Below are positions 1 through 14,284 of a stretch of DNA of 64,000 nt, piece after piece; the stretch's first letter is position 1; each line of letters begins with the position of its first letter. The notes below the pieces were generated by a model that was not told the origin of the DNA, searched no databases, and saw only the letters and a program-made list of their open reading frames with translations. Made by a program: the position numbers and the translations under genes. The DNA lies in assembly GCA_951406725.2 (NCBI GenBank), contig OX597815.1, positions 112,840,001 to 112,904,000 on the forward strand. Reading direction: 5' to 3'. The stretch is from Octopus vulgaris. Taxonomy: Eukaryota.

Positions 1-843
1 CCAAAAGCCTCAGTCAGACAAAATAACAATGCATCTGAAATATCTGCGGTCTGAAGGAATCCCTGCACTCACTGATATCAACACTTAGTAGTGCCAACAT
101 TGTTAATACTCAGAATCAATTACAGCAATGCTAAAACCTACAACAAGTAGTATCTTTCAGACTCATTATCTTCCTATACACATTCTAAAATGTTCTAGAC
201 ACCCTAATCTTTGACATCGCTAACCCTCACATCCACACATACCCCTCCCCAAATCCCAATACCGATTCAGGTCATTTCATTCACGACCAAACCCTCCATA
301 TTCTTAACACAGAACGCACAATATTTACTTCAACAAGCAAAAGTCTCCCACCTGAAACATTTTAACTACCATCGACATTAGCAATGCTCTTACTCTAGTC
401 TCACTCTAGAAACACATATAAATACAAAATACTCACCTCGAAATGCTAGCACACAAACAACTTGTTGCATAGCCAAGTCTGTATCATGTACAAGTAAAAC
501 AATTTGGGAAGCTGTAATTTCCAGAATGCAGTACATACACAGGTCAGTCTCCTTCCCATACTTTCTAGCTCAACATTTACATGATCTGTTCTTGAGTAGC
601 AGTAAACATTTCATGTTGTGAGCACAAGACTGAAGAGAAGATTTATGCGAACATTCCACTCATCTCAGCTATTGTCGCTCAAGGCATGACAGGCTATATC
701 GGCCACAGTTGTACTGAAAAACAAGTCATATCTGATAGTTTTTAGATGACTCGTGCACTCTGATAAAAGACTATATTGAGGTTTTTAGCAGATATATACA
801 ATAGCTGATATATACAGCATGAAATTTAGGAACTAGCTATGTG

Positions 844-2111
844 CAGGCGTTGGACAAAATAATGGAAATACCTCGCAACATAGCATCATAATTTTGAAAT
901 ATCTGTAAAGCCATCAAAAGCTTGTTCATTTTATGCTTTTTATTTATTACTAGTGTAGCTTAATAAATTTTGCTAAAATTGCTGTTTCTTTTCACGTATC
1001 ATCAGAAAGAGGTAATTAAAATTCATTAAAATGACGGATCTATCAGACTTTCAAAGAGGTCAAATTGTTTGTGCTTGTATGGCAGGCGCTAACCTAACGA
1101 AAACAGCCAAAATGTTTGGTGTATCAAGAAGTACTGTCTCGAAAGTAATGACAGCCTTTGAGAAAGACGGAATAACCTTCTCGTCGAAACAAAACCCCGG
1201 AAGAAAACTAAAATTTGCAGATAGGGACCGTCGGAGTCGTACGCGAATTGTTAGAAAGGATCAAAAACGTACAGCTCCCAAAAGTACTGCAGATCTTAAT
1301 GACTACCTCATGAACCCAGTTTCCACAAAAACTGTTTGTCGGGAGCTGCACAAAGCCAAATTTCATGGGGGGGATGCAATCAGAAAACTACTACCTTTAA
1401 AAACAAACGTCGCAAAGTGTTTAGAGTGGAGTAAAACCTAAAAAATTGGTCACAAGAGCATTGGAAGAATGTTATTTTCTTGGACGAGTCATCCTTTACC
1501 GTATTTCCGACCACCGGCCGAGTATACGTGTGCGGACAGCCAAAAGAAGCATTTGACTCAGATTGACTTCTAGCTGTTAAACATGGAGGATGATCTGTGA
1601 TGATCGGCGGAGAGGGTTTGCTATATCTTGGAAATCTGCCGGTCCAATGGTTTCCCTTAATGGCAGAATTAATAGTTAAGACTATTTAAGTATTTTATCT
1701 GATCAAATTCATCCTATGGTTGCCAAAGTATTTCCGGAAAGAAACATAATCTTTCGGGATGATAATGCACCAATTCACACAGCTAAATTTGTTACTGAAT
1801 GGCACATTCTAGTGAAATTGAACATGTTTTCTGGCCACCACAGTCCCCAGATCTCAATATTATTGAACATTTATAGTGCATTTTAGAAAAACAAGTAAGG
1901 AGTTGATATCCAGCACCATCATCACTTCAAGAACTGAAGACTGTCTTAGGTGAAGAATGAAGAAAAGTTCCATTGGAAACAATTCAAACTTTGTACGAGT
2001 GCATACCTCGTAGAATTCAAGCTGTAATTACTGCGAAAGGCGGCCCTACCCCATATTAAAATAAATTTGCTTGAAATTTTAAGATGTTTCCATTATTTTG
2101 TCCACCCCCTG
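844..2111 (+). mobile_element. Full-length Tc1-family DNA transposon (decayed)
   Basis: TIRs CAGGCGTTGGACAAAATAATGGAAATACCT (844) and AAGATGTTTCCATTATTTTGTCCACCCCCTG (ends 2111). Right flank is TA, left flank TG. Encloses a transposase. Confidence 0.95.
1031..2059 (+). pseudogene. Tc1 DD34E transposase, disrupted by stops and frameshifts
   Basis: N-terminus MTDLSDFQRGQIV with HTH. Downstream frames give FLDESSF, FRDDNAPIH, WPPQSPDLNIIEH and terminal GGPTPY*. Stop at 1439-1441 and later. Confidence 0.93.
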
Positions 2112-2769
2112 TAAATAAGGAACATAGCTTCATGGTGTTGTCTGGTGACCAGATGAAGAAAAATCCCAATCCATCAGTTTGACAGAACCACTTGAAATTT
2201 GAGTGACTTTAACTGAATTCACTCTATAACACGCATCCGAACTGGATCTTTGGTCTGAGAAAAACTTCATTCCTTTCTCCCACTAGCCTCAAAGACCCTT
2301 GAAAATAGTCTACGGTGTGGCCCTTTCTCTTCTGACTATACCATTTCAATAATCAACTTGAAAACGTTTTAGACTTGAAAACCTTTTAGTTGCTACTGCT
2401 ATGATGCACTCGGTATTAAGCTAGTTTAAGAACATCAAATAATATAAATCAGTAGGAAAATCGTTTCAGAAAAGTATGTGTGTATACGTATGTTGTACAT
2501 ACATGTAAGTATGTATATATATACGTATGTAAGTGTGAATGTGTGGGCACTTATATATCTATTATATGGACATTTTTCACATATTCTTTGTCACCACTAA
2601 TTAAATTTATTTATGTTTTATGGCACATATTTGCGATAAAAGCTTCATAGGCACTTATCTATTTTTATGTCTTTATTCTGGACATAATATATATGTGTTT
2701 GTGTGTGCGTGTATTTATACGTGTGTGTGTGTGTGTTTTCATACATGCATCACATATATACATATATAA

Positions 2770-2815
<46 letters not shown>

Positions 2816-2966
2816 GCACACACATATGTATATTTATATGTATATATATAAATATATATATATATATATGTGCGTTCATATGTGAGTCTGCGTGTGTCTG
2901 TGTATGAATGTATAAATATGTAGAAACGTGTGTGTATGCGTATCTGTATATGAATGCATATATGTA

Positions 2967-3022
<56 letters not shown>

Positions 3023-3090
3023 CATATATATATATATACATTTAAATTTAAATTTAGAATTAAAATTTTTAAATTTATATGTATATATAA

Positions 3091-3162
<72 letters not shown>

Positions 3163-3317
3163 AGTATATGAAAGAATGGAGTTGAACGACTAGTTAACAA
3201 ATATCCTTTATTCTCGACATATGTTTCGAAGGCTGCATATTCCTAATTCCGAAGGAATAAGGATTATCCTTAATAAGAATTATCCTTAATAAGATAATTC
3301 ATTCAATTACTCAAATA

Positions 3318-3397
<80 letters not shown>

Positions 3398-3420
3398 GTA
3401 TATATGTATATATTTATATA

Positions 3421-4022
3421 CGAGGGTGTACCCAAAAGTAACCGGAAACGTTCAGTGGGACATGGCTGTGGTAGTTCTAGCTTCTACTGCTAAAAGCCAC
3501 TTAATGTAACCCTCAGGCATCAGTCTGCTGATCGACATGGTTCAGTGAGGTATTGCTACCATGTGGTGCATCTTTTTTTTGCAGTGCTTCTCTCCTGTTT
3601 GTCGATACTTGCGATGGTTGAAGCTCCTGCGAACGAATTTTTAGTGAGGAATTGCGAATGAAAAGAGTTGTAGCAAATTTGTGTCTCCCTTGCTCACAGA
3701 AGATCAAAGGCGGTCACGACTGAATGTATGTCGCGAACTGAATGAAAACTTGGAAGTTGATCCGGAAGGTTTTTCAAAGGTTATCACTGATGACAAAAGC
3801 TGGGGCTACGGAATTTGCAGATGTGGAAGAGGAGAAGAAAGACGTAACAGTAGAGTTAAAAGGCATGACTTCGCAACAGTTCCAGCGCTGCTTCGAACAG
3901 TAGAAAACGAGTATGGATCGATGCATTGCTTCAAATAGAGAATACTTTGAAGGCGATGAAAGTGTAAATATTAAAACTAAGTGAATATTGCAAAATATCC
4001 GTTTCTTTTGGGTACTCCTTCG
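3421..4022 (+). mobile_element. Internally deleted mariner element (~600 bp)
   Basis: TIRs CGAGGGTGTACCCAAAAGTAACCGGA and TCCGTTTCTTTTGGGTACTCCTTCG. Remnant LLTEDQRRSRLNVC...VITDDKSW joined to C-terminal DRCIASNREYFEGD. Confidence 0.88.
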
Positions 4023-4033
4023 CTCATGTGTAT

Positions 4034-4349
4034 GTTGTTGTTGTTTTGTTTGTTCCTTCTCGAGCTATGCCTGACTCATAAGGGCCGGTTTCCCGGTTTC
4101 TTGGCGTATAGGTTCCCTACCTGGATGGGACGCCGGTCCATCGCAGGTGAGCTGCAAGATGCAGGAGGAAAGAGTGAGAGAAAGTTGTGGCGAAAGAGTC
4201 AGCAGAGATTCGTCATTACCTTCTGCCGGAGCCGCGTGGAGCTTAGGTGTTTTCGCTCATAAACACACACATCGCCCGGTCTGAGATTCGAACCCGCGAT
4301 CCCTCAAACACGACCCCGCTGCTCTAACCACTAGGCCATGTGCCTCCAC
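4034..4349 (-). mobile_element. tRNA-derived SINE, family A (V-domain-like 3' part)
   Basis: Minus strand: A box TGGCCTAGTGG, B box GGTTCGAATCTC, body CCTGCGATGGACCGGCGTCCCATCCAGG...GAAACCGGG, (CAA)n tail. Close copy at 29305-29615. Confidence 0.85.
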
Positions 4350-4904
4350 TTATGCGTGTGTGTGTGTGTGTGTGTATCTACTAGCGAGAGCAGATGTTGC
4401 CACAATCGATGAAAAATACTCAGTCCAAAAACCATTGTCGAATTTATTATAGTTTTCATTTATCTGATAAAGTTGATATTAAAAAAAAACTAGATATCAT
4501 TTTGCCTATTGCCCAGCTGATTTTATAAATAATGGTTGCATGAACAATCTATGTAAGCGGAAAAACAAGAAAAATGAAACGAAAAGCAACCAATATTATT
4601 TTCGAGCACCTGTGGGGCGGGTGTTGTGAGGGTGAATACTAAAGAAAAATGATGGTACAAACAAAGAAATTTGTTTGCGCGTGAGTAACATATAATCTGA
4701 AAGGTTTTTTTTTACTTTTTTTTTTGCTAATATAATCTTAAACGTTTTTTTTTTTTGTTTTGTTCTGTTAACATTGCGTGATTTACGAATAAGTCGAAAC
4801 TACGCTATATCGGCCAAATAAAATAGATATAGATAGATGTAAACACAACGACATTTTATATATAAATATTTGCTATAATATTTTACACTTCCCATACGGC
4901 AATA

Positions 4905-5115
4905 TCTCAGAATCATTAGCACGCCGGGCAATATGCTTAGCAATATCTCGTCCGTCTTTACCTTCTGAATTCAAATTCTGCCACGGCCGACTTTAGCTTT
5001 CATACTTTAGTGGGGGTCAATAAAATAAGTAACAGCTGAGCATTGGAATCGATGTAATCGACTGTGCCCCTACTCCAAAGTCACTGGCCTTGTGCTAAAA
5101 TTCGAAACCAATATT
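4905..5115 (+). mobile_element. SINE family D, degraded copy
   Basis: Matches CAGAATCGTTAGCACGCCGGGC...GAGTTCAAATTC...GTCGACTTTGCCTTTCATCC seen many times in the window. Confidence 0.75.
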
Positions 5116-5402
5116 TTACATCGCCATTCACTTTATACTTGCGTCTGTATGTATATACATACACACACATGCACACACACACATATAATGTATACACTTA
5201 CATATATATATACATACGTACATATACAGCATTGTTATTTGCACTTTTTTTTGTAACGTTTCCGCCAGTAGAGCGATGAGGTGTGTCTCTCCGCTCAGTT
5301 TAACTTGTCAAAATAAGCGACTTCACGCCACGGAAACCCCGGAGTTGCCGGCATCCGGGCCATCATAAATAAAGTCTGTGTTAGTGAGCTTTCATACATA
5401 CA

Positions 5403-5434
<32 letters not shown>

Positions 5435-5439
5435 CATAT

Positions 5440-5478
<39 letters not shown>

Positions 5479-5512
5479 CATAGTGCGTGTACCTCTATGT
5501 GTGTGTGTGTGT

Positions 5513-5555
<43 letters not shown>

Positions 5556-7232
5556 TGCGTATGTGCGTGTTCGTTGGATTTTCGGTTTATTGGAGGAAAA
5601 CGATTTGGAACTTGCCTGTGTTCTATGTATACAAACAAGCGCGCACACCACGCTCATGTAAATGTATATATACATATATGTTTGTGTGTTTGTGTTTGTG
5701 TTTGTGTGTGCGCGTGTGTTAGTGTGTGTATCTGCGTGTGTGTGTGTAGGTGTGTAATGGTATACGTATATGTTTGTGCTCGTTGCTTGTTCACGCTCTG
5801 CGTTCTGAGTATAAAAATCACTGAGATCTGCTCGAGTTTCAAAACAGAATTAACCATCAGGACTTCCTCAAATTGTATTCTACTGTATTAAGCAGGAATA
5901 CAAAAAATTAACTCTAGATATACATTTAAAACGACAGTACTTTCGATGAATGCTTTTTTTTCCTATCGTTTCTGATTTGGTTGAAAACATCTTACACTGT
6001 CTTCACTGCAAATTAAATTGAACGGTCACGATAAAAGTTTACTTGTAGTTAAAACATTTAGCTGAGGATATCATATGATCAACAAATTAGGAGTAATAGT
6101 TAAGGCTAGAAGACATTTGTTTCTATCAATGTTTGATCACAGTTTACCCGATGTTAAAAAAAATAACAATAATTCTAAACTATATGAAGAGGAACCAGCA
6201 AAGGAGTTTTTATGCGGAAGTTCCATGTTCTAAAAATGATTACCAAACCTCTAAATTTCACCCTGTTGCCTTTAAAATGCACACATTAGAAAATGAATCC
6301 ATAGATATACTGTGGATGAAAAAATAGGAAGCGTAATCTTCTAATTTAATTAATTAGCGTAATGAGTTATTTATCCGGTGCTCCTACTTCTTTAATAAAG
6401 CCTTAAAATTTCCGCATAAAAATTCCTGACACTGATCCTGATTCAACTAATATTGAAGATAGTGTCATTACCGTATTGATTTCCAGATCTTTCTTTTTGA
6501 GTAAACAACCAGTCACATATTTCTGAAATAATGCTTGACAATTGTTTTAATTTAATTTCAATTTAATTGTAGATGACCCACTATTATCAGCACTTGATTA
6601 CAGAGGTATGTACTGATTTATTAAGTGCCTCCATTGTAACATCCTCGTTGTTTTTTAACTGGCAATTTTGAGATTGTAACAGTAAGGTGCCACCTGAAAT
6701 AAATTCCTTTCTCTCCATTTCTGTAGATGCCTAAAAATTATACTTGAAACATCTTGACCTGTCAGGCCAAAGGCGCTGGCTGGTTTGTACCACGTCAAAG
6801 AAAATAATCCGACATGTGCCTTACTAACCTAATATATCTACTGAAATATCTACTTGATGGGGTGGACATTTGCTGTTTATGTTGTAATTCTGAACGTCTG
6901 CATCATAATATCTAACAATATATTTGTTGAAAATTCTGAAAACTACAGTAACTTTGAGGGGTCTTAGATGACTGGAAACAATCTCATTAATTGATTATTA
7001 TATGGATATAACTAATTTCTTATGCGTAAAGACTAATGTATAAGTTGAAAAAAATGTTACTACTAGCTATTGAAACGATTGTAACCTATAAAAAAGTAAT
7101 GTAATATTATTTTTATCCCTTCATTTGTTTAGTATGCATACATATGTACATATATACATACATACATATATTATATACACACTCACATATAATTGTGTAT
7201 ATATATATATATATGCATATATAAATATACTA

Positions 7233-7288
<56 letters not shown>

Positions 7289-7293
7289 TGATG

Positions 7294-7373
<80 letters not shown>

Positions 7374-7987
7374 TAGATATATATAAGATAAATTCGTGGC
7401 TTATTGCAATTGTTTTCGCTTCTATATAAGTAAAAAATAATATCTCGCAGCGAATGTGGCCGACTCACAATGGGAAGAGATAATCTCAAATATTCACCGA
7501 AATCCACACGCCCGTAAAGAAGAAGCAGTTACATACATATACGTGTGTGTGTGTGTGCGCGCGCGCGTGTGTGTGTGTGTGCGCGCGCGCGTGTGTGTGT
7601 TATGGAAGCCACACAGTCTGTACTTATGCATATACGCATACACAAGCCGTCAAACACACAAACGCAAATAGTAGGCAAATAGAACCAGACAGATCAATTT
7701 AACACGTCACTAATTCCCTTAATCTCAGCAGCAATAAAAATGCCATCCACACTATCACTATACACATAGCACATTTCCGTAGCCAGCGTGGTTTTCTTTT
7801 GAGCGGTGCATTGATTATAGTGGCTGTAGAACAGCAGTATATTTGAAAATTTTCACAGCCATATCAGGCAGCTTTGTTCCTAATAAACTAATAACTTTAA
7901 ATAAATATTACATAAAGATTTTGAGATCCATTGATTTTGATAACATTAGTCGCTTGGTATATTATACGCAGCTCCCACTATGTATTT

Positions 7988-8029
<42 letters not shown>

Positions 8030-8131
8030 GCATACACAAACACGGCCGCATATATGTGTCAGTGAATATATATATAAATATATATATCAAAATATGTGTG
8101 TGGATATATATATATATATATATGTATACAC

Positions 8132-8205
<74 letters not shown>

Positions 8206-8257
8206 GCTCTCACATATATGCAGGCGTATTTGTGTATGCATGTATATATGTTCATGG

Positions 8258-8358
<101 letters not shown>

Positions 8359-8532
8359 TTTTGGTACCATACTAGATGTATTGATAGGTAGTTGAACGTT
8401 TTACCAGAATTGTTTTTCCCTTGAGCTCTTTCCGTTTAATGAGTAGTTGGTCTGTGTACTTTTGTCTATTTTTGTCATTATTTCTACATATCCCTATCTT
8501 CACATATTTTCAAAGTCGCAGACGCATACATG

Positions 8533-8583
<51 letters not shown>

Positions 8584-9285
8584 CACACACACACACTTTC
8601 ACATATGTAGGCACAGATGTTCATACATACACAATGCACCTACATAGACATATACATATACACAGACACACCGACTTCTGGCAACATGATGTTTTTTTAT
8701 CAATTGTTGTTGTTGCTGTTGTTGTTTTTGTTATCTTTTAGCTCCTGGTCAGCTCTGATTCAGCAGATATATGACATAAGGCATTTCCCACCGCAAAGCC
8801 TCCCTAACCATCTTGTCTTATTGCAGAACCTTCCTTTCTTCAGACGTTTAGTTAAGGTGTGATTTAAGAGTGAATTGACTGGTATTTTTAACAGAGCCAT
8901 CGTACAGAAGCTCTTTCGTTTGCTCATCGCTAGTCTTTATATCATAGATAATGATAAGATGGCGACGTGACAGAATCGTTAGAGTTCTGATGATTTTGTC
9001 AGACGTTTTAGCAACACTACTAACGTGGTACAATTTCTAATCTTTTCACCTACTTTCTTATTTCCCTTTATTTCGCTCGCTTCCTCCTTGCCTAACTGCT
9101 TCCACCGCCGCCCTGCATTCAGGTGTACATATACACACGGGTACATACACACATAAATACAACACACACACACACACACACATACACAGGTATATACAGA
9201 AAAACAATATTTAAAGAGAGTGCTTTTTCCCCCTTCGCGATTTATTCTGGCAAGCTCAAACTCTCTAGTTTGACTAAACCTAGCA

Positions 9286-10016
9286 TTGTGTGCATATGTG
9301 TATGTATGTATGCGTGCATGCATGCATGCCTGTATGTATGTATGTATGTATGCATGTATGTATGTATGTGTGTATGTATGTATGTGTGTATGTATGTATG
9401 CATGTATGAATGTATGTGTGTGTGCATGTATGTATGTATGTGTGTATGTATGTATGTGTGTATGTGTGTATGTATGTATGTGTATGTGTGTATGTGTATG
9501 TGTGTATGTATGTATGCATGTATGAATGTGTGTGTATGTATGTATGTATGTATGTATGTATGTATGTATGTGTGTATGTATGTATGTATGTATGTATGTA
9601 TGTGTGTATTTATGTATGTATGTATGTATGTATGAATGTATGTGTGTATGTATGTATGTATGTGTGTGTATGTATATATGTATGTATGCATGTATGTATG
9701 TATGCATGTATGAATGTATGTATGTATGTATGTATGTGTGTATTTATGTATGTATATATGTACGTATGTATGTATGTGTGTGTGTATGTATGTATGTATG
9801 TGTGTATGTATGTATGTATGTATGTATTTATGTATGTATGTATGTATGAATGTGTGTATGTATGTATGTATGTATGTATGTATGTATGTATGTATGTATG
9901 TATGTGTGTATGTATGTATGTGTGTATGTATGTATGTGTGTATGTATGTATGTGTGTATGTATGTATGTATGTGTGTATTTATGTGTGTGTGTGTGTGTG
10001 TATGTATGTTTGTATG
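9286..10016. repeat. Long compound (TATG)n/(TG)n microsatellite
   Basis: About 730 bp of TATG/TGTG units; source of many spurious ORFs. Confidence 0.95.
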
Positions 10017-10497
10017 CATTAGTACGGAGGGTTATTGTTGTTTTTATTTATAATCTCGCTATTGCTAAGGGCTGTTTTTGTTGTTCTAGCTTTCGCATTT
10101 ATTACTGATGTTTCAGTTAACTTTGTTGCCTTTATTGTTGCTGCTACGTATAATCTCGCTACTGCTATGGGCCGTTCTTTTTTAACGTTTTGTCGCGGTT
10201 ATTGTTGCTCTCACTGTTGTGCGTTGGTGTTGTTTTTGCTGGTATTGTTGTTGTTTATAATCTCGGTTTTACTAAGAATCACATTTCTTCTTTTCCGTTG
10301 GTTTTGCTCTTGCTGCCGTTGCTGCGGTTGTTGTCGGTGTTGTTTGTTTGTTTCTTGTTCTTCTAGTTCTTGTTATAGGTAATCTCATTATTGCCTTAAT
10401 TTCTTGTCGTTTGTTGTTTATTATTGTTATTGAAATTTCTGCCGTTTCAAAACGTGTGATTCTTGCAGTTCTAAATAATCTCTCTTTCACTTACCTC

Positions 10498-10568
<71 letters not shown>

Positions 10569-10571
10569 CTT

Positions 10572-10630
<59 letters not shown>

Positions 10631-10659
10631 TACCCATGAGTGAATATTCTTTTCTACTC

Positions 10660-11229
10660 GAGGCACAAGGTCCGAAATTTTGGTGGAGAGAGTTAGTCGA
10701 TTTTATCGACTCCAGTTCTCAGCTGGTGCTTAATATGTCGACCCCGAAATGTTGAAAGGCAAAGTAGACCTCGACGGAATTTGAACTCAGAATGTAAAGA
10801 CATATGAAATACCTATTTCTTTACTACCCACAAGGGGTTAAACGCAGAGGGGACAAACAAGGGCACACAAACGGATTAAGTAGATTATATCGACCCCAGT
10901 GCGTAACTGGTACTTATTTAATCGACCCCGAAAGGATGAAAGGCAAAGTCGACCTCGGTGGAATTTGAACTCAGAACATAACGGCAGACGAAATACCTAT
11001 TTCTTTACTACCCACAAGGGGTTAAACACAGAGGGGACAAACAAGGACAGACAAACGGATTAAGTTAATTATATCAACCCCAGTGCGTAACTGGTACTTA
11101 ATTTATCGACCCCGAAGGGATGAAAGGCAAAGTCGACCTCGGCGGAATTTGAACTCAGAACGTAACGGTAGACGAAATACCGCTAAGCATTTCGCCCGGC
11201 GTGCAAACGATTCTGCCAGCCCGTCGCCT
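10660..11229 (-). mobile_element. SINE family D as three tandem 184-bp units with one head
   Basis: GAAAGGCAAAGT recurs at 10754, 10938 and 11122. The head (GGCAGAATCGTT.GCACGCCGGGCGAAATGC, minus strand) lies at about 11185-11229. Confidence 0.85.
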
Positions 11230-11248
11230 TCTATGGGTGAATATTAGA

Positions 11249-11629
11249 GAAGCACTCCGTCGGTTACGACGATGAGGGTTCCGGTTGATCCGATCAACGG
11301 AACAGCCTGCTCGTGAAATTAACGTGTAAGTGGCTGAGCACTCCACAGACACGTGTACCCTTAACGCAGTTCTCGGGGATATTCAGCGTGACACAGAGAG
11401 TGACAAGGCCGGCCCCTTGAAATACAGGTTCAACAGAAACAGGAAGTAAGAGTGAGAGAAAGTTGTGGTGAAAGAGTACAGCAGGGATCACCACCATCCC
11501 CTGCCGGAGCCTCGTGGAGCTTTAGGTGTTTTCGCTCAATAAACACTCACAACGCCCGGTCTAGGATTCGAAACCGCGATCCTATGACCGCAAGTCCGCT
11601 GCCCTAACCACTGGGCCATTTGCCTCCAC
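11249..11629 (-). mobile_element. tRNA-derived SINE, family B
   Basis: Minus-strand head GTGGAGGCAAATGGCCCAGTGGTTAGGGC...GGTTTCGAATCC. Near-identical copy at 42921-43298. Confidence 0.88.
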
Positions 11630-11792
11630 AAGGTGAATATTACGTCACATTTAAGCTATACAAGCCAACAAACAATTTTTCCCATGGTATCTGTTAAACA
11701 GCGAAGAGTGAGAAAATGTCTCACAATGTTGCGACTTCTTGAACCTGTTGAATTGATATATGTATGGGGTGGGGTACGTGTATATGTATATA

Positions 11793-12015
11793 CGAGGGGG
11801 GGTGCTAAAGAGTTCTTGGCTTTAAGAGTATCATGAAAGGCCTGCTTGGAGGTCCAACCTTCCGAGTTCTTTTTACAGGGCTTGGAAAACCTGAAAGACC
11901 CCTGCAATAAGTGCACGAATCTGAGAGAGGAATAATGTTGTATAAAATCATAATTAACCGATCCGTCTGCATTTTCTTTCATCCAAAGTCAGGAACACTT
12001 CAACACCCCCACCCC
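11793..12015 (+). mobile_element. Mariner-derived MITE (~220 bp)
   Basis: After TA, left TIR CGAGGGGGGGTGCTAAAGAGTTCTTGGCTTT; right TIR AAAGTCAGGAACACTTCAACACCCCC. Interior resembles a mariner C-terminus. Confidence 0.7.
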
Positions 12016-12069
12016 CATATATATGATATATAAGTTTGTGTTTGTATGTGTGTGTGCATGTTTGCGTGC

Positions 12070-12100
<31 letters not shown>

Positions 12101-12297
12101 TATGTGTATGTTTGTATTCATCTTTACGATCCCCACAAGACTAACAGATTCGTCCCTACTCGAAACTCATAGGATTTACATCAAATTCTTGTCGCCACTA
12201 ATTAGCTACAGTAAATTTTGTCCGTCTGTCTGTCACCCTCTCTCTTTGTCTCTCTCTCTCTCTCTCTCTCTCCCACCAACGTTTCGGTATCCATTTA

Positions 12298-12682
12298 TCT
12301 CTCTATATATAAACGGCAGTTTGTCTGTGCGTGTTTCTGTGTGTCTGTTTGCTTGTACCCTCACCCTGACCACGGCTTTCAACCGATTCTGATGAAACTT
12401 GACACACACATAGCCCAATGTCATAATTCAAAACTAACGCAGCGAAAATTTTGAAAAGTTCCCCCAGTTCTGAAAAAAATCGATAAATTCGACATGGGGT
12501 CGAGAATCAGAAACACGAACCACAAACTGTCTAGGGGATGCAACTCCACCTTTTTTAAATCTCAAAAAAAAATTTACCATCATTTTTTTCCATTTTTTTG
12601 CTATTTTTAAGCTATAACTCTCTAAAAATGCTTTATAGTTATTTCCCTTACAAACCTGAGCAACGCCGGGCGATACTGCTAG
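12298..12682 (+). mobile_element. Non-autonomous Helitron
   Basis: A|TC 5' end followed by TATATATAAA, 3' hairpin CCTGAGCAACGCCGGG, CTAG|T terminus, no TSD. 3' end shared with 28181-28697. Confidence 0.8.
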
Positions 12683-13055
12683 TCTATCAATATATCTAGA
12701 CGTACGTAACTACATGCTAGCATTGCAGCTTCTTCTTTTCCTCTTTCATTTTCTACTTTCTTCCCGTCTCTCTTCATTCCTTTTTCTACTATCAGAAGCC
12801 GGGCGACGTCCGAAACACATAGCAATTACTTCTTTATGTTCCCCTGAGAAACAAGCTGATAATATTGATTTTGAACTCAGTTCATCTTATTTTTTCTATC
12901 GTTTTTTTCTTGGGGGTGGGGGTGGGGGTTCCAAGACAAGTGTATATACAAAAACACATATTACGTATAATATATACATATATATTACGTATTATACATA
13001 TATATATACTACGTGTATATATATATATGTAATATATATGTATATAGGTATATAG

Positions 13056-13098
<43 letters not shown>

Positions 13099-13148
13099 TA
13101 CATATATATATACATATATATATATATATACATATATACATATATATG

Positions 13149-13200
<52 letters not shown>

Positions 13201-13291
13201 CATATATACTTATACATAGATACATACATGTACATGTATACATACATATATGTACAGTATATATACAACCTAATATGTATGTATATATATG

Positions 13292-13322
<31 letters not shown>

Positions 13323-13384
13323 ATGTGTGTATACAATTACATTAATTCAGACATATATATATATACTTCTACATACGTATATTC

Positions 13385-13415
<31 letters not shown>

Positions 13416-13796
13416 TGTAAGTATGTTTGTGTGGGTGTATGTGTGGGGGATATGGGTGTGTGTATGTGTGCGTAAATAGATAACTTTATCGTTCTTCAAA
13501 AACATCTGAGAAGACTACAACTCAAAACAGGAATTCATCGAAAGAAAAGTGGAGTGTATATTTAGTTATATTAAGAAATACCTTACAGTTATATACAAAT
13601 GTTTCAATAGATCAGCATTTTCTAAAGATACTTTTCATAAAATACTGCTTCATTGAAACACTCGTAGAAATGTAAGGTATTTATAAATATACATACACAC
13701 ACACATGCACAGATACACGCATACTCAAACACACTCATATACTTGTATGTATGCAGGCATGTATATATATATATATGTATATATATATATGTATGT

Positions 13797-13936
13797 ATGG
13801 AGCACCGCTTTCAGTCGAACAAATCGACACCAGGACTTATTCTATCGGTGCCTTATGCCGAACCGTTACAGAGACGTAAACACACCAACATTAGTTGTCA
13901 AGCGATGGTGGGGTGACAAACACAGACACAGACACA
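13797..13936 (-). mobile_element. CORE-type SINE family E, 3' fragment
   Basis: Reverse complement of CATCGCTTGACAAC...GTGTTTACGTC...GCGGTGCTCCA, as in the copies at 33040 and 36900. Confidence 0.75.
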
Positions 13937-14016
13937 AATATATATATATATGTATATGTATATGTATATATATGTATATGTATATATGTATATGTATATA
14001 TATGTATATGTATATA

Positions 14017-14064
<48 letters not shown>

Positions 14065-14208
14065 GGATGTATATATATATATGTATATAAACCATACAAT
14101 ATATAATATATATGCATGTGTGTATGATGAATGTATATGTAAATATATATACACACAGATATACATGTATACATATATATATTTTTTACACACACACATA
14201 TATATATA

Positions 14209-14244
<36 letters not shown>

Positions 14245-14284
14245 GTAATATGTGCGTATGTACATAGCACCACACCTCAGACTA

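Noticed and set aside
440-2350. Possible ancient transposase-like sequence on the minus strand, interrupted by the Tc1
   Set aside because: Only vague peptide resemblance with many stops; it cannot be supported without a profile search.
10660-11229. CRISPR-like regular repeats
   Set aside because: Whole 184-bp units repeat without unique spacers, the context is eukaryotic, and there are no cas genes.
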